From positions 492,153-556,152 of the forward strand of contig ML996697.1 in assembly GCA_010356995.1 (NCBI GenBank): DNA of 64,000 nt. Direction: 5' to 3'. A model generated the notes under the pieces. That model ran no database searches. It saw only the letters and a list, made by a program, of their open reading frames with translations, and was not told the origin of the DNA. Of the stretch, positions 35,096 through 47,065 are shown one piece after another; within the stretch, counting starts at the first letter, position 1; the number at the start of each line of letters is the position of its first letter. This DNA comes from Trichodelitschia bisporula (lineage: Eukaryota). Made by a program: the position numbers and the translations under genes.

Positions 35096-37017
35096 TGTGG
35101 CGGGTGGGGGGGAGGAATTGAGGGAGAAGGGGGAGCTCTGGGAAGGCTCTGGGAGGGATTTATGGGCTACATTGCGCAGGAGGGCACGCGAGTCTTATGT
35201 ATCCTGCATGCCGTTGCGGCATCGGGGATTCGGGGATTAGGGGATCGGGGCTGGCCCGGGGGGTTGGGAAGGATGCCGTGTGCCGGCCGGGAGGTGCGGG
35301 GTTCGGGAGCGAGGGGGTTGTTGATCAAGGGAGGGACGTCGTCGTTTCTTGAGGTAGTACCCGTACATACGCAGAAGTAGAATCATAGATCTATTCTGTT
35401 TCCTCGACTTCTCTTCGAGCTTTGCCGTCGGTGGGGTCTGGAGTGGTTTCTTTTTCTTTAGCACCTTTGTTTTTTTTTTGCGATCCTGACCGCCACTCGC
35501 ATCAGACGATGATGTTGCTTCGCAAGCCCTGCCGGAAAGAGAATGAGGGCGACCATGGCTTTGCATGCGATACCATAAGTACTTGGATTCTTGCCATTGC
35601 CGAGTTGTCTACCGATTTTGCCGTAGCTTTTTTCACACCATTGAAATCAACCTTGGAACCAACCTCAAATTTAGTCAATACGATCTCACAGGGAGCCTCT
35701 TTGGAAATTGTTCATAGCACCACATCAATAAGATCAGTCCGCTCCCATTTTAAGAATCCAGATCATCGAACAGGAAGTCTGGGTCACGATATCTTCCAAG
35801 AACCCCACTATCGGAGGGTTCGAGAACTTGGCCGTCACCCGAATTAGCACGCTCTCCTCCGACCAGTCGTCTTCAATAGCAGAACATCTACCAGTCCTGC
35901 TCAATCTTGTGCGCCAGATTCGACGGCATCTTGGCGATCTCGGGCATGATGGGCTTGTGGAGGAAGGCGTGAACGACGAGAGAGGTCAGGGCAACGCCCA
36001 AGGGGCCCTAGTTCTACGGTAGTTGGTGCGGCCATACTAGTCCTAGAACTAGAAGCCCCATAACGAACGTTCGTCTCCGCCAACATACTGCCTGGCCAAA
36101 TTCTCCGGCTGCTCATCATCCAAGTGATATATGGCACCGACAGCGCTCGCGCCAGCCGACGAGACAAAATGCTCAAACAAGTCTAGTTCCTCCCTGGCGT
36201 AAGCTCCCGTTCGAACCGATCCCCGCGGAGCTGTTCCCGCTCAAACGTCACGTAGCCTGACCGCACGTACGCTTACTTCCGGTCAGTAAGCAGCTGCTTC
36301 CCGCAATACTCGATCCGGCCCTTCGGATTGACTTGGTGTCGCCATCTTGAAAAGTCTCTTGTCGCGCTAACTGACTCGCAAGGCTACTGTGGGTATGCAC
36401 AGGGTCGAAGCTGGAGTATTGGGGTCCTGAGCCGCTGTTGGCATGCTGCCGGAGCCATGCGCCGTTTGATCGTTTAATTCGCAGCTCTGCAGTCGGACAG
36501 ATGCCATGTTTGACTATTGCTAGCGATGAAAGCATCGCATCCAACCGGCTATCGAGCGGAATAGTCTGCAGGCTTCGCGGAGGCTTGCTATGATGAGTTA
36601 ATGAGCTGTTTCGCCACACTGGATGATCTTGACGTTAAAGCGACGATTATGCGCCGTTCTAAGCTAACCACGTGCGATGCCTAAAAGCGGGGAAGGCTGC
36701 CAAGTTACATGGCCCCTTTCCTCTTTGGGGTTAGTGTAACTCAACGATTCGCACATTTTGAGGGCTTGGCACAGCGAGACGTCCAACTTTCTGACCTCAT
36801 CTCATCACCATCTCTTTCCTCGTCGTCTCGTCTTGTATCGGGCCATCCTCCACTACAACAGAAATTATCACCACCTAAACCTCGTCTCTATTCACCAGCG
36901 CCTAGCAAACCGCTCTCCCTTCACACACTCCCTCCCCATACACGGCATGTAAGCTCTCCCCGCAAACATCGCCACAGCCACCCTACGAACACGACCACGA
37001 TCCTCACCACCGCCAAA

Positions 37018-37791
37018 ATGGTCAAGTTCTACACGCAAAGCTACACCTACGACTACCCCTTCCCCACCGTAACCCTCGCCTACTTCCTCCGCTACCCCAA
37101 CCCCTTCAGCACCCACGTCCTCTCCACCGACGTCATCTCGCGCTCCTTCGACGCCGAGTCCCAAACCCTCCACACCACCCGCCTCCACCTCAAGCGCTCC
37201 AAGCTCCCTACAGCAGTCCTCAACATCCTCCCCCGCTCCCTACTCGGCACATCCGCGAGCTCCGGTAATGACTCCCAGGCCTACATCCTCGAGCACAGCG
37301 CAATCGACCTGCGGACCGGGACCATGCGCACGGAGAACCGCAACTTAGATTGGACCGGCGTGCTCTCCGTCGTCGAGCGGCAAACATACACCGCCTCCGG
37401 CGCGCCCCTTGCCTCCGACCCCGAGTCCCACACCGCCGTCTCCACCACCGTAACCCTGTCCTCCCGCCTAGGGCAGCGCTTCAAGCGCCGCCCCACCGCC
37501 GCCGCGCCCGACGCAGACGAAGACAGCGCGTCTAAACTTGGCTTCTTCAAGTCCTGGTCCCAGGCCTCGATCCAGCGCTCCATTGAGGCGATCGGCCTGA
37601 AGCGCGCGTCCAAGTCCCAGCCCAACGCGAAGGAGGGCATGAAACATGTCCTCGAGCGGCTACGGTCGGGGGGACTCGGCGCTGTGCTTGAGGAGATGAG
37701 GCGGTTGCAGCGGGAGGGGCAGGGCGTGGGCCGGTTTGGCATGTTGCGGCATGAGGATGGCGGGCGCGGAGCTGGGGAGGGCGGGAAGTAG
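37018..37791 (+). CDS. UPS1: PRELI/MSF1-domain mitochondrial lipid-transfer protein, Ups1-like
   Basis: MVKFYTQSYTYDYPFPTVTLAYFLRYPNPFSTHVLSTDVISR; RNLDWTGVLSVVERQ; AKEGMKHVLERLR. Confidence 0.92.
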   Translation: MVKFYTQSYTYDYPFPTVTLAYFLRYPNPFSTHVLSTDVISRSFDAESQTLHTTRLHLKRSKLPTAVLNILPRSLLGTSASSGNDSQAYILEHSAIDLRTGTMRTENRNLDWTGVLSVVERQTYTASGAPLASDPESHTAVSTTVTLSSRLGQRFKRRPTAAAPDADEDSASKLGFFKSWSQASIQRSIEAIGLKRASKSQPNAKEGMKHVLERLRSGGLGAVLEEMRRLQREGQGVGRFGMLRHEDGGRGAGEGGK

Positions 37792-38666
37792 GGCGGACGG
37801 AGAGCGTGAAGTAGGATGGATGGCGAGGGGGGTAGGGGGGTATTGTTGCATTTGAGCGCCGGAGTTTGGGTTTATCTGCTGGTCGCACGGTTGGCTGCGA
37901 CGGGTGTAAATGTGAGATTGGGACGCGAGGGCCTCGTTGTACAAAATAGGCTGGAGCTTGGACTGGGGCCGGCAGGGAAAATGTATATAACTACGAGATG
38001 CATGGGACACGCCACTTTGCATTTGACAGTGCTGTTGATTGTCTTGTGCGTGACTTATGACGATGCGACGCCGCCGGGTGCCAGAGCTGTGGTATGTTGG
38101 CGCTGCCTGTGCGTTGTATTGAGGCTGTGTTTGCAATAGGTTTCAAAGGGTTAGTAGTTTGCGGAGGTGGCAGCCGAGCTTCTAGTCTAGCTAGTATCAA
38201 CGACATCCCTTACCGTGATATTTCCCAGGGCGAATGACCCTCGATGCATCATTGAAGGCATATAGTGCACGGCATAAGTATCTGCAAATCACGTAACAGA
38301 TACGTCATGACGAACAATGGAAGTAGAATTACCACGAGGCGAGACTAACAATTCCCCCCTACCCGGTTCGCGATGACAGACCGAGCGAACCAACCGTAAC
38401 TCCCGAACACCGTAATCTCAGCCTCCCCGCCCGTACTCGCCGCTAAAAGTAGAGTAGACCGCCCCCGAAAACGCCCAGTAACGCTCAGAACTCCGCACTG
38501 ACGCCCAGTAAACGCTCAAACATCCGCAACTCCTTGTAGGGTATCCCACCAATTAACTCCCCCCACCTCCATAAACGCCGAAACATCGGAAAGGGGAAGA
38601 AATGACAGTAGAGACAGTGAAGGAAATCGCTTCGAGATCGTACGGACGTCCGTCTCTGCTCTCGCA

Positions 38667-39818
38667 CTAGACGCCGTTGACACGCCGGTGGCCGCTGGGA
38701 TTGGACTGCCCGCTGCCGTTGGTGTTCGTATCATTGTCGCTGCTCTCGTTGTCGCACTCGTCATCCTCGTCCTTATCGGCGTCGTCGCTCTCGTCCTCGT
38801 CCCCTTCATCGCTCTCGTCCTCGGCCTCTTCATCGCCATTGTTGTCGTCCTCGGTCCGCTTGTCGGCCTGGCTGCATTTCCGGCATATCCATCTGCGTCG
38901 GCCCACCCGAATGTTCACGCAATCGGTGTGGAACTGGCCAACCTCACAGTCCTTTGACATGCATTTCATCATCTTGTCTGGCCGATTCCCAATTGCGGCA
39001 TTGCGACACAGACAGACGCGTTTCGAAAGGAAAGTGCCGAACGGGAGCGGACCCTCGTGCTCCTTAGCCGCCGCAGTGTGGCTGGGATTGATCCAGAGCC
39101 AATTGTTCTCCATAAGACGCTTGACGATGGTGATAGCTTCCTGTATCTTGAGAGATCCAACGACCCTGTTCAGCTCGATTTCTTTATGAGAAAGCAGAGC
39201 GTTCGCGACAGCCTCGTAGTACTGCCGCTTGAGCCGCTTAATATGATCCGGATTCCGGTTGTTGAGGTAGAGCTTGGCCCGATTGATGTATAGAAGCAGA
39301 AAATCGATCTGGAGGGCACCCTCACCGAGATCAGGGGCGGGCTGATGAGTCGAGGCTGGATTGTGGGCGTCCTCATAGAGATTGCTGTGCCTCTCGTAAG
39401 GGACCTTCGCGCGCCGCGCCGACTGGTATTCGTAACCCTTCCATGCGCGCATCTCCCCGCGATGGAGGAGCGCATGATGAGAGCCAGGCTTCAGAGGTTT
39501 CTGTGGCGCCTCTAGGATCGGCAAGCGCACCTTGCGAGCGATGAACTTGTCGTCATCACCCTCAAAACGCGCCGTGCGGCCTTTGTCACTAGTTGCTGAG
39601 GTAGAATGATCGGTGGGAGATGCGCTCCGGTTACGGAGGCGGTAATCAGAGGTGGAAGGTATCGTGGCTTGATGCGGGATTCTGGGTGATATTGCTGTTG
39701 TTGCCGTTGTCGTATACGAATAGCTTCGCCGGAGAGAAACTCGGCTTTTATACGGCGCGCATTTGGTTGCAGCTTGGCTGATGGGATAGCCTTGTCGCCG
39801 AGGGGAGATGCGTGCCAT
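38667..39818 (-). CDS. Orphan protein with an ING-type PHD finger and an acidic tail
   Basis: 383-aa ORF containing the C4HC3 pattern CLC...KCMSKDC...FHTDC...WICRKC, followed by a D/E-rich tail. The start codon is uncertain. Confidence 0.7.
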   Translation of the reverse strand: MARISPRRQGYPISQAATKCAPYKSRVSLRRSYSYTTTATTAISPRIPHQATIPSTSDYRLRNRSASPTDHSTSATSDKGRTARFEGDDDKFIARKVRLPILEAPQKPLKPGSHHALLHRGEMRAWKGYEYQSARRAKVPYERHSNLYEDAHNPASTHQPAPDLGEGALQIDFLLLYINRAKLYLNNRNPDHIKRLKRQYYEAVANALLSHKEIELNRVVGSLKIQEAITIVKRLMENNWLWINPSHTAAAKEHEGPLPFGTFLSKRVCLCRNAAIGNRPDKMMKCMSKDCEVGQFHTDCVNIRVGRRRWICRKCSQADKRTEDDNNGDEEAEDESDEGDEDESDDADKDEDDECDNESSDNDTNTNGSGQSNPSGHRRVNGV

Positions 39819-40738
39819 ACCTAGCAGTATACGTTATGGTATCGGGGCGTTGAAGAGAGTTTGTGTGTGGTGGAGGAGATTCTTCGAAGGTTTGTGGGTT
39901 TCGGTGGATGAATTGCAGCAAGATGATATTCGCTCGGGAGGCTGTAGAGGATGAAGGCGGTGTATTATGGCGTGGTAAGGATCCTAAAGCAAGTAAGCCC
40001 AAGACGTCTGACGATGCGACAGGGTAATGGTGGATACTTACCGAGTATAAGTTGATAACTTTATAAGTACAGAGGGCAAGAATTTCACTTCAAAGCCGAA
40101 ATCTCAATGATGAAGCTGCAATAAGAGCCGTACACTGGAGTGCACGCCTTTACAACGGGTAAAGTCAAGGCCATGAAGTGCGGTGAGGAGGAGGTTGGAG
40201 AAGCTATGATGTTCTCGGTGTCGGCACGGTTGCTCTGAGGGAAGGCGCCATAACGCCGCCTGCCGCAAGATCAAGCATCGCAACTGCCATAGACGGACAG
40301 CCAACAGGCCCTATCGGGGGGTTGATGTTTTGAACATATATGTTCCAGTTGTCGCGTCAGCCGCGTAGCTTTTACATCGGTCGTGTTCAAACCATTACCA
40401 GAATTTTTGGCCTTGGTTTAGTCAGATTGTCCTCGCGGATTGGCGACGCCATGATGAAGAGAGGGCACCAATTGCCAACCCTTGCCTGATTACACCAAGA
40501 ATCGGGCAGACCAGACAACATCATAGCGGTACTGTTGCAATGCGGTTGGGCGTATACATTAGGAGTAAAAGCGTCAGTGCTATACATGACTGCGGTGAGC
40601 CTGTTCTTCGCATGTCGCACTTCTGTAAAATCAGCAGTGCACTATATCTCTAAGGCGGTAGAACCTAAGACAAACTTACAGGCTGGAGGTGGTGAAGCTA
40701 TAGTTACCATAAAATATTCTCCAAGGTAAACCGCGCGC

Positions 40739-40846
40739 GTCGTGGTCGTAGTCGTAGTCGTAGTCGTAGTCGTAGTCGTAGTCGTAGTCGTAGTCGTAGT
40801 CGTAGTCGTAGTCGTAGTCGTAGTCGTGGTCGTGGTCGTGGTCGAA
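40739..40846. repeat. Hexanucleotide tandem repeat (GTCGTG)1(GTCGTA)13(GTCGTG)3 GTCGAA
   Basis: Units counted directly from the sequence. Confidence 0.97.
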
Positions 40847-42254
40847 GGAAGAGGAAGATCTCAGGAGTCGGTATTTATCCCCGTCTGTATTCAGTAACTA
40901 GCGAAGCCAACATGCGCGTTAACAGGCTGGCGAAGCCGAGATACGTGTGAAGTGACTGGTAGCACCGGTTCCCGACCGAGGATAGGATGATGATGTTGTC
41001 AAGGCTGAAAGATGGGAGGGTTAAGGCTAGCCTGGTGGACGATTGGAACCAGGTAAGGTAGTTAACGAAGATTACTTCAATAATAAGCGAGAACTCTTTC
41101 AGTGCTAGTACTGTAGATAAGTGATTAGGAGGTGTGGACGTTGTGCAGACGCGTTATGGCTTATTATGAAGTCGCTGATGCTCCGATGGAAGCCAAGGCT
41201 GGAAATGGCCCAAGCGCTAATGGGAAAAATGACAGCCCGCCCCCAGGAAGTTGTAGCCGGATTTGCTGAGGCTTTTGCCGAGTAAAAGGTAAGGACTATT
41301 TATGGGGGTGCCATCACTCTTTGCATCTGCCGTTGGACATGGATTGTCGTCATTCCAGGGCGTTTCGCGGAGCTTCCCCGCATCTCAGACGCGACAGGCG
41401 CTTACTGGGTTCTCCCGACCTTGTACCATTATCTGGCCGTCATATGCTGCGAGTCTGTTGGGAACCCTGGCGAGTGGATTGGAGGAGAAGCTCAGGGGCA
41501 TAGCCAGTCTTCAACCGCAAGTGACGCCAGCGCAGAATATCGGCTGCAGAGAGCTGCAAAGTACCTGCAGGACTAGTTCTAGAGAGCATGGGCGTGAAGA
41601 GTGCATGGGGCGATGAACATTAAATTAGGTAGAGATGAAGACTTCAAGGGTTCAATCTTAGATTCAGAGCAACAATGTCCATCACTTGTAGCTCAAGGTC
41701 CATCGTACTGTAGCCGCATTGCTGGCGTCATCAGAAAGAGAGTAGCAGCCACTCGGGAGTGCGGAGATATGGCTATCTCTAGTCTAGCTGGCAGCCTTTT
41801 CAGCCGAACAAGTGGGGTTGTTCCTGCACCGTCTCTGCAGCAATGAGCCCCCCCACGAACAGCTTGCAGCTTTAGTTTTGACTTCATGATGCAGGCGGTA
41901 AACTGGTGCGTATGTACGTCCGTACCGAGAACATGGTGTTGTTTTCAATTGTCTTGACCTGCAAGAAAGTCTTAAACTTCTGTTCCTGATGCTCAGTTGT
42001 ATGCGAGGTACATATGGGTTTCATCTCTTCTTCTCTGTCTTCGATGCTGCAAAGCAAGAAGAAGAAGAAAGAGGCGGACAGGTCACGGGCGAAATTTCGG
42101 CTAACGGCGAAGGCAGGACAACAGCCACCAGCTGATCCGTGAGGCCTCTTGAAAGCCCCCTCTCTCCCCTCCCCCCGCCTCCCAAAAACTGCACACCAGC
42201 CTCATTAGGTGTGGCTTCCCCAACCCACCAAGACCTTCCACCCACTCCCCACCC

Positions 42255-42255
<1 letters not shown>

Positions 42256-42295
<40 letters not shown>
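42256..42295. repeat. 40-bp poly(C)/poly(G) tract
   Basis: Uninterrupted C run about 435 bp upstream of the CRP1-like ATG. Confidence 0.95.
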
Positions 42296-42297
<2 letters not shown>

Positions 42298-42730
42298 AGC
42301 ACTCGGACTGCACCCTTCGCCCCTCTCGGAGAGAATCAGGCATCATCAATCGTCCCTGCACCGTTTCTCTCTCCTTTGCACCCTTCACAGTTTCCATCCT
42401 ACCGTACAAAGCCTTAAAACACCCTCTGATTCTGTCAGTATTCATTGTCCATTTGAAATCTCTTACCCCATTTAATCCTGCGCTCTCTTCAATCTCTCGT
42501 ACGCAGCTCCGATCTGCTCCCCCTCCCGCCCAGACCATTGCCGCCTCTTGCGCTCGGATCCCTCCACTACCGTCGCGCGCCGCTTGCTCCTTTCTCCGAC
42601 ACGCGGGCTTCTTCGACCTGACCGCTCAACGCACTTTTCTCTCCTTCACATCGCATTCTGTCTTTTCAGCAGAGCGTGTCGTTGATTGTATCTTTACCCT
42701 AATTGATCCGCTTCCAGCAAACACTCAACA

Positions 42731-44900
42731 ATGGGTAGCTACACGTTCAAGTGGTGAGTTCATCGCCCCCCCCCCCCGTTCGCATCGCCCCAGCCAGCTG
42801 ATCAGGGTCTTCAGGGAGCACCCGGAGGCCAAAGAGGTCTTCGTCACAGGCTCTTTCGACGACTGGACTAAGTCCGTCACTCTCGAGCGCAACCACGACG
42901 GAGTCTTCGAGAAAAAGGTCGACTTCCCTTTGGAAGAGAAGAAGATCACGTACAAGGTTTGACACCAAATCCTCTGAAGCTCGGACCATGAACTGATGCG
43001 TGCGCAGTTCGTCGTTGATGGGAAGTGGATCCACAACCACACTGCGGCGTGCGAGACGGATGAGCACGGCAACGTGAACAATGTTCTTTACCTCCAGGAC
43101 ATCATTCCCCATGGTCAGGCAAATGTTCTATCTAGTGCCGCCCCTAAGTCGACAACCGCCGGGCTCGCTGGTCAGGTCCCCAAGGAGGGCGACAAGGAGG
43201 CAACCAACGGGAGCTCCATCCCAGGCGCATTCATCGAGACTCCCGGCATCGAGGAGCCTTCCTTTGTGACGCCAGCCACTGAGCCTAGCGAATTCTCGGT
43301 GAAGCCTATTCCTGCGACGGATGGCCCTGGCAACCCGATCTCTCTCAAGGCGGGCGAGAAGGTTCCTGATCCGAGCACCATCACCAACAACACGATCGAG
43401 AGCACTGTGAAGGAAGACAAGGCTGTGGAGCCCGAGGAGGAGACGTTCTCGGTGAAACCCATTCCGGCCACTGCTGGCGCTGGCAACCCCATCCACCTCG
43501 CCCCTGGTGAGAAGGTTCCCGACCCGAGCACGCTCACGGACAACACTGTTCAAAGCACTGTTGACCTCAATCCGAAGGATGACGAAGCCGAGGAAGAGCA
43601 GTCCTTCTCTGTCAAGCCGATTCCCGCCACGGCTGGGACTGGCAACCCAATCCATCTTGCGCCTGGGGAGAAGGTGCCGGATCCGAGCACCCTCACGGGT
43701 AACACCGTCGAGAGCACCGTCAAGCTGGATCCCGAGTCGTACGAGAAGAGTGACGCTGCGGCTGCTGTCGTGCCGCCGAAGGATGATGGCGCCGTCAAGC
43801 CTGCTGACACCGACTTATTCAATCTCCCTCCCGTCTCGAACAACATGATTCCTGAGTCCAGTCTGCCCATTGTCGGCGAGAACGACGTCAGCCCCACCAT
43901 CCAGTCTGCTGCGCCTACGAGCACGACGGCTGCTCTGGCTGGCCAGGTTCCTCTGGAGTCTGCTCGCGACGCGACCATCCACTCCGCGGCACCGAATGCC
44001 ACTACGGCCGGACTCGCCGCGCAGGTTCCTCTCGAGCCGGAAGTCCCGGAGGTTGTGATCAAGAGCCAAGAGGAGGCGCACGTCGATCCCGAGGCTTCTG
44101 CCAACCCCATCGCTGTTGAGGAGAAGAAGGAGGTCGAGAATGAGCTCAAGTCGAAGGTTCCTGAGGTTGATGCGGATAAGGGTATCACCGGGGCTGTCGC
44201 TGGTGCCGTTACCGTTGGTGCTGCCGCTGTCGCTGGTGCCGTTACTGCCGCGACGACGTCAGTCACCGAGACGGTTGATAATGCGAAGAGCATTGCTTCT
44301 GGCACTGTCGACTCCGCGACGGAGAAGGCCATGGGTGAGGCCAAGGCCACAGAGGAAGCTACTGTCCCTGAAATCGTCACCAAGTCGATCGCGGCAGCGC
44401 ACGCCGAGCCGGAAGCAACGACCAACCCGGTTGCCGTTGAGGAAAAGAAGGAGGTCGAGGCCGAGCTCGAATCGAAGATCAAGCCCGTGGAGTCCTCCGG
44501 GGAGCCCGCTCCGACCGAGACTGCTGCTACCTCGGCGGTCGCGCCTGGCGATGTTCCGCTCCCTAAACCGGCTGCAGAGAAGACCCCGGAACCTGCCGCC
44601 GCGCCTTCCCCTGCCCCGGCTGCGGTCGAGAACGCTGAGGCTACCAAGTCCCAGGATGCACCGGTTGTGACGACAGGTCCTGAGACGAAGACGACGGAGG
44701 CCAAGTCTGAAGCGCCTAAGACTGAGGCTCCTAAGGCCGAGGCGGCGCCGGCGGTTGCTGAGTCGAGCAAGGCCACCGAGACGACTCCCAAGACTGCGGC
44801 CCCCAAGGCTGAGACGGAGAACGGGAACACTGATTCGGTCAAGGCCAAGAAGAGCAAGCGCAAGAGTATCATTGGGAAGTTCAAGAAGCTTTTCCACTAG
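42731..44900 (+). CDS. Crp1/Mdg1-like protein with N-terminal AMPK-beta-type glycogen-binding (CBM48) domain and repetitive acidic tail
   Basis: Exons 42731-42753, 42815-42956, 43008-44900. Spliced N-terminus MGSYTFKWEHPEAKEVFVTGSFDDWTKSV...YKFVVDGKW...DEHGNVNNVL; basic C-terminus KKSKRKSIIGKFKKLFH. Confidence 0.9.
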
Positions 44901-45932
44901 ACCTGGATCGATGTTCCTCCGCATGTCAGGGTAATGAGTGAGTGGTGGGTTGTTCCTGTACGTACGTAGGGGATGAAGGCTAGCAAGTTATCGTTGATAT
45001 TGGGTGCCGGTGATGTAGTCTGTAGGGCTGTTTTGGGGCTCAGTGCTTTGGGTTGATGTGAAGTTGCTTGGTCTCTGCTTTATGTTGTCATTGTCTTCGG
45101 GCTTTATATCCGGTGGTTGGGGTGGGGATAGGATGGTGGGTGCGTGCTTCCTGCGGCTAATACCTAAGTTGTCTTTTGGTTTCGCTTTTGGTCCTTGTTC
45201 TTCTGTTCAAGACAGCATGATTTGATGGGGGAAGTGTAGATTTCTACGATTGTGGGTCGTGCCTCGGGTATGTAGCATGTTTGCTGGGGCCGGCGATGAA
45301 TGATCATATCACCACTTTGAATGAGCCGGGACCTGGTTCTTGAATCCCGTACCTGCCATCCATCTATGGAGACGTACTACGTTTTCGATCCTCGTTCCTC
45401 GTTCCTCGTTCCTCATTACTGGCCATTAGTCGTCAACTAGCAGCACCCTTCTCACAACGGGTCGTGTTCACTAACCTGCACTCCTAGTCTGCTCCATGAC
45501 TTGTGTCCACGCCTATAAAAGCGCAGCGGTACCTCACCATGATGTAGACATGGAAGGATCACATTACTCTAAGGAAGGAACATGATGTCATGTGAGCATG
45601 ATAGAAGGAAGGGACAGAGGAGGATACTTGGCCTCACGTATATAAGTCTCGAGAGTTTCTGACTCTCATCCACACTCTTCGCCTTTACTTCAATCTTCGG
45701 TTTTACAGTTGCCTTCGCACGTAACGAGCCGTAGCTCCCATCATAACATACAAGCTCGCTTTCTCTAGCATATTTCAGCCGGCATTGGTTTCACAATCAA
45801 CAGCAGCCACTTGGTTATCTTATGCTCGTTCAATCATTGCCTTTTGGTCCAACAACACAACCCCTCTAGAGACGTCGTTCCTACGGCCCAATCCACATCC
45901 TCCTTCCCCCCACACACATCACCTAGCCACCC

Positions 45933-47065
45933 TCAAATCTTGCTCCCCCTCCCCTGTCCCCCCACCCTCCCCGCCAAATACTCCCCCACCCACTTCACTG
46001 CTTCCTCCGCCATACGCGGCGTCACCTCATGCCCTACCCCCTCATACACGCGCTCATCCAGCACAAACCCCCCCTCCCGCCACCACCCCGTCTTCGGATC
46101 CACCGCCTGCTTCAAATACTCAATAAACACCCGCCCCGTCGCCGGCGGAACTAGTTTATCCGCCCCGCCCGACAAAACCAGCGCCGCCTTGCCCTTAATC
46201 GTGTGCTCGAGCGCCTCGCGCTGACTGGCCTCGAAAGCGGGGAAGGGCACGAGGGCGTCCGGGGGCGGGATATGGTGCGCCTGAGTCGGCGCGGAGAGGG
46301 CTTGGAGTTCGGGCGGGAGGAGCAGCGAGGCGGGGTCCGCGATGCGCAGCGCTGCGGCGAGCGAGGCGGGGAAGGACGGGGAGGGGATGAATGCGCTGCC
46401 GGGCGCAGAGGCAGGCTGCGTCCAGTCGCTGAGGCGGGATTTCATGGCGCGCTGGCACATCAGCCGCGTGTAGTCTGGCGTGCCGATTATGATGACGCCG
46501 GCAGCGATGCGCGGGTCGTGGAGGAGGGTGAGCCAGGCGGCGTGTGCGCCGAGGGAGATCCCGAGGGAGAGGTTCTGGGTGATTGGGGGGGTGGTGGGGG
46601 GCAGGTAAGACCCGAGGTGCGTGATTAGGAGGGAGACGTCGTGCGCGGTGCCCTCTGCGACTTGTTAATGGGGCATGGAGGGGGGAGGGGGAGCGGACGG
46701 TATGACGAGAACATGTCCTGTGCGTGGCGCGGGTTACCGTCACGCCAGGCGCCGTTTGCGAGCGATGTTACCTCGCGCGAGCCATGGTTGCGCTGGTCGA
46801 AGGCTACGGCGAGGAGGCCTTTGCGGGGTTGGCCCAGGCTCACGCGGTTTGCGTTCCAGTAAGTGATGGATGCGGCGGCGAGGGAGGACATGAACTGTGC
46901 GGTTGCGAGGCGGGGGTGGAGGAGCCAGAGGACGGTGACTTCGTGGGCGTCGGGGGGGAGCTCGGCGAGGCCGTGGACGGTGGTGAGGATGCCGGCAATT
47001 GTATAGGTTGTGCTGGAGGTGGGGGGCTGGGCGCCTTTGTTGAAGGCGGCGAGAGGGTCGGACAT
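45933..47065 (-). CDS. Alpha/beta-hydrolase fold protein
   Basis: Exons 47065-46699 and 46654-45933. Motifs LWLLHPRL, AFDQRNHGSR, nucleophile elbow GISLGAH, SGGADKLVP (Asp), YEGVGHEVT (His). Confidence 0.9.

Noticed and set aside
40739..40846. Tandem array considered as CRISPR-like
   Set aside because: It is a simple hexamer repeat without spacers, in a eukaryotic context with no cas genes.
43550..44884. 444-aa antisense ORF opposite the CRP1-like gene, and similar long antisense ORFs opposite OPY2, PLD, ABZ2 and the TcuA-like gene
   Set aside because: These are shadow ORFs expected from high GC and biased codon use on the coding strand, and they show no protein motifs.
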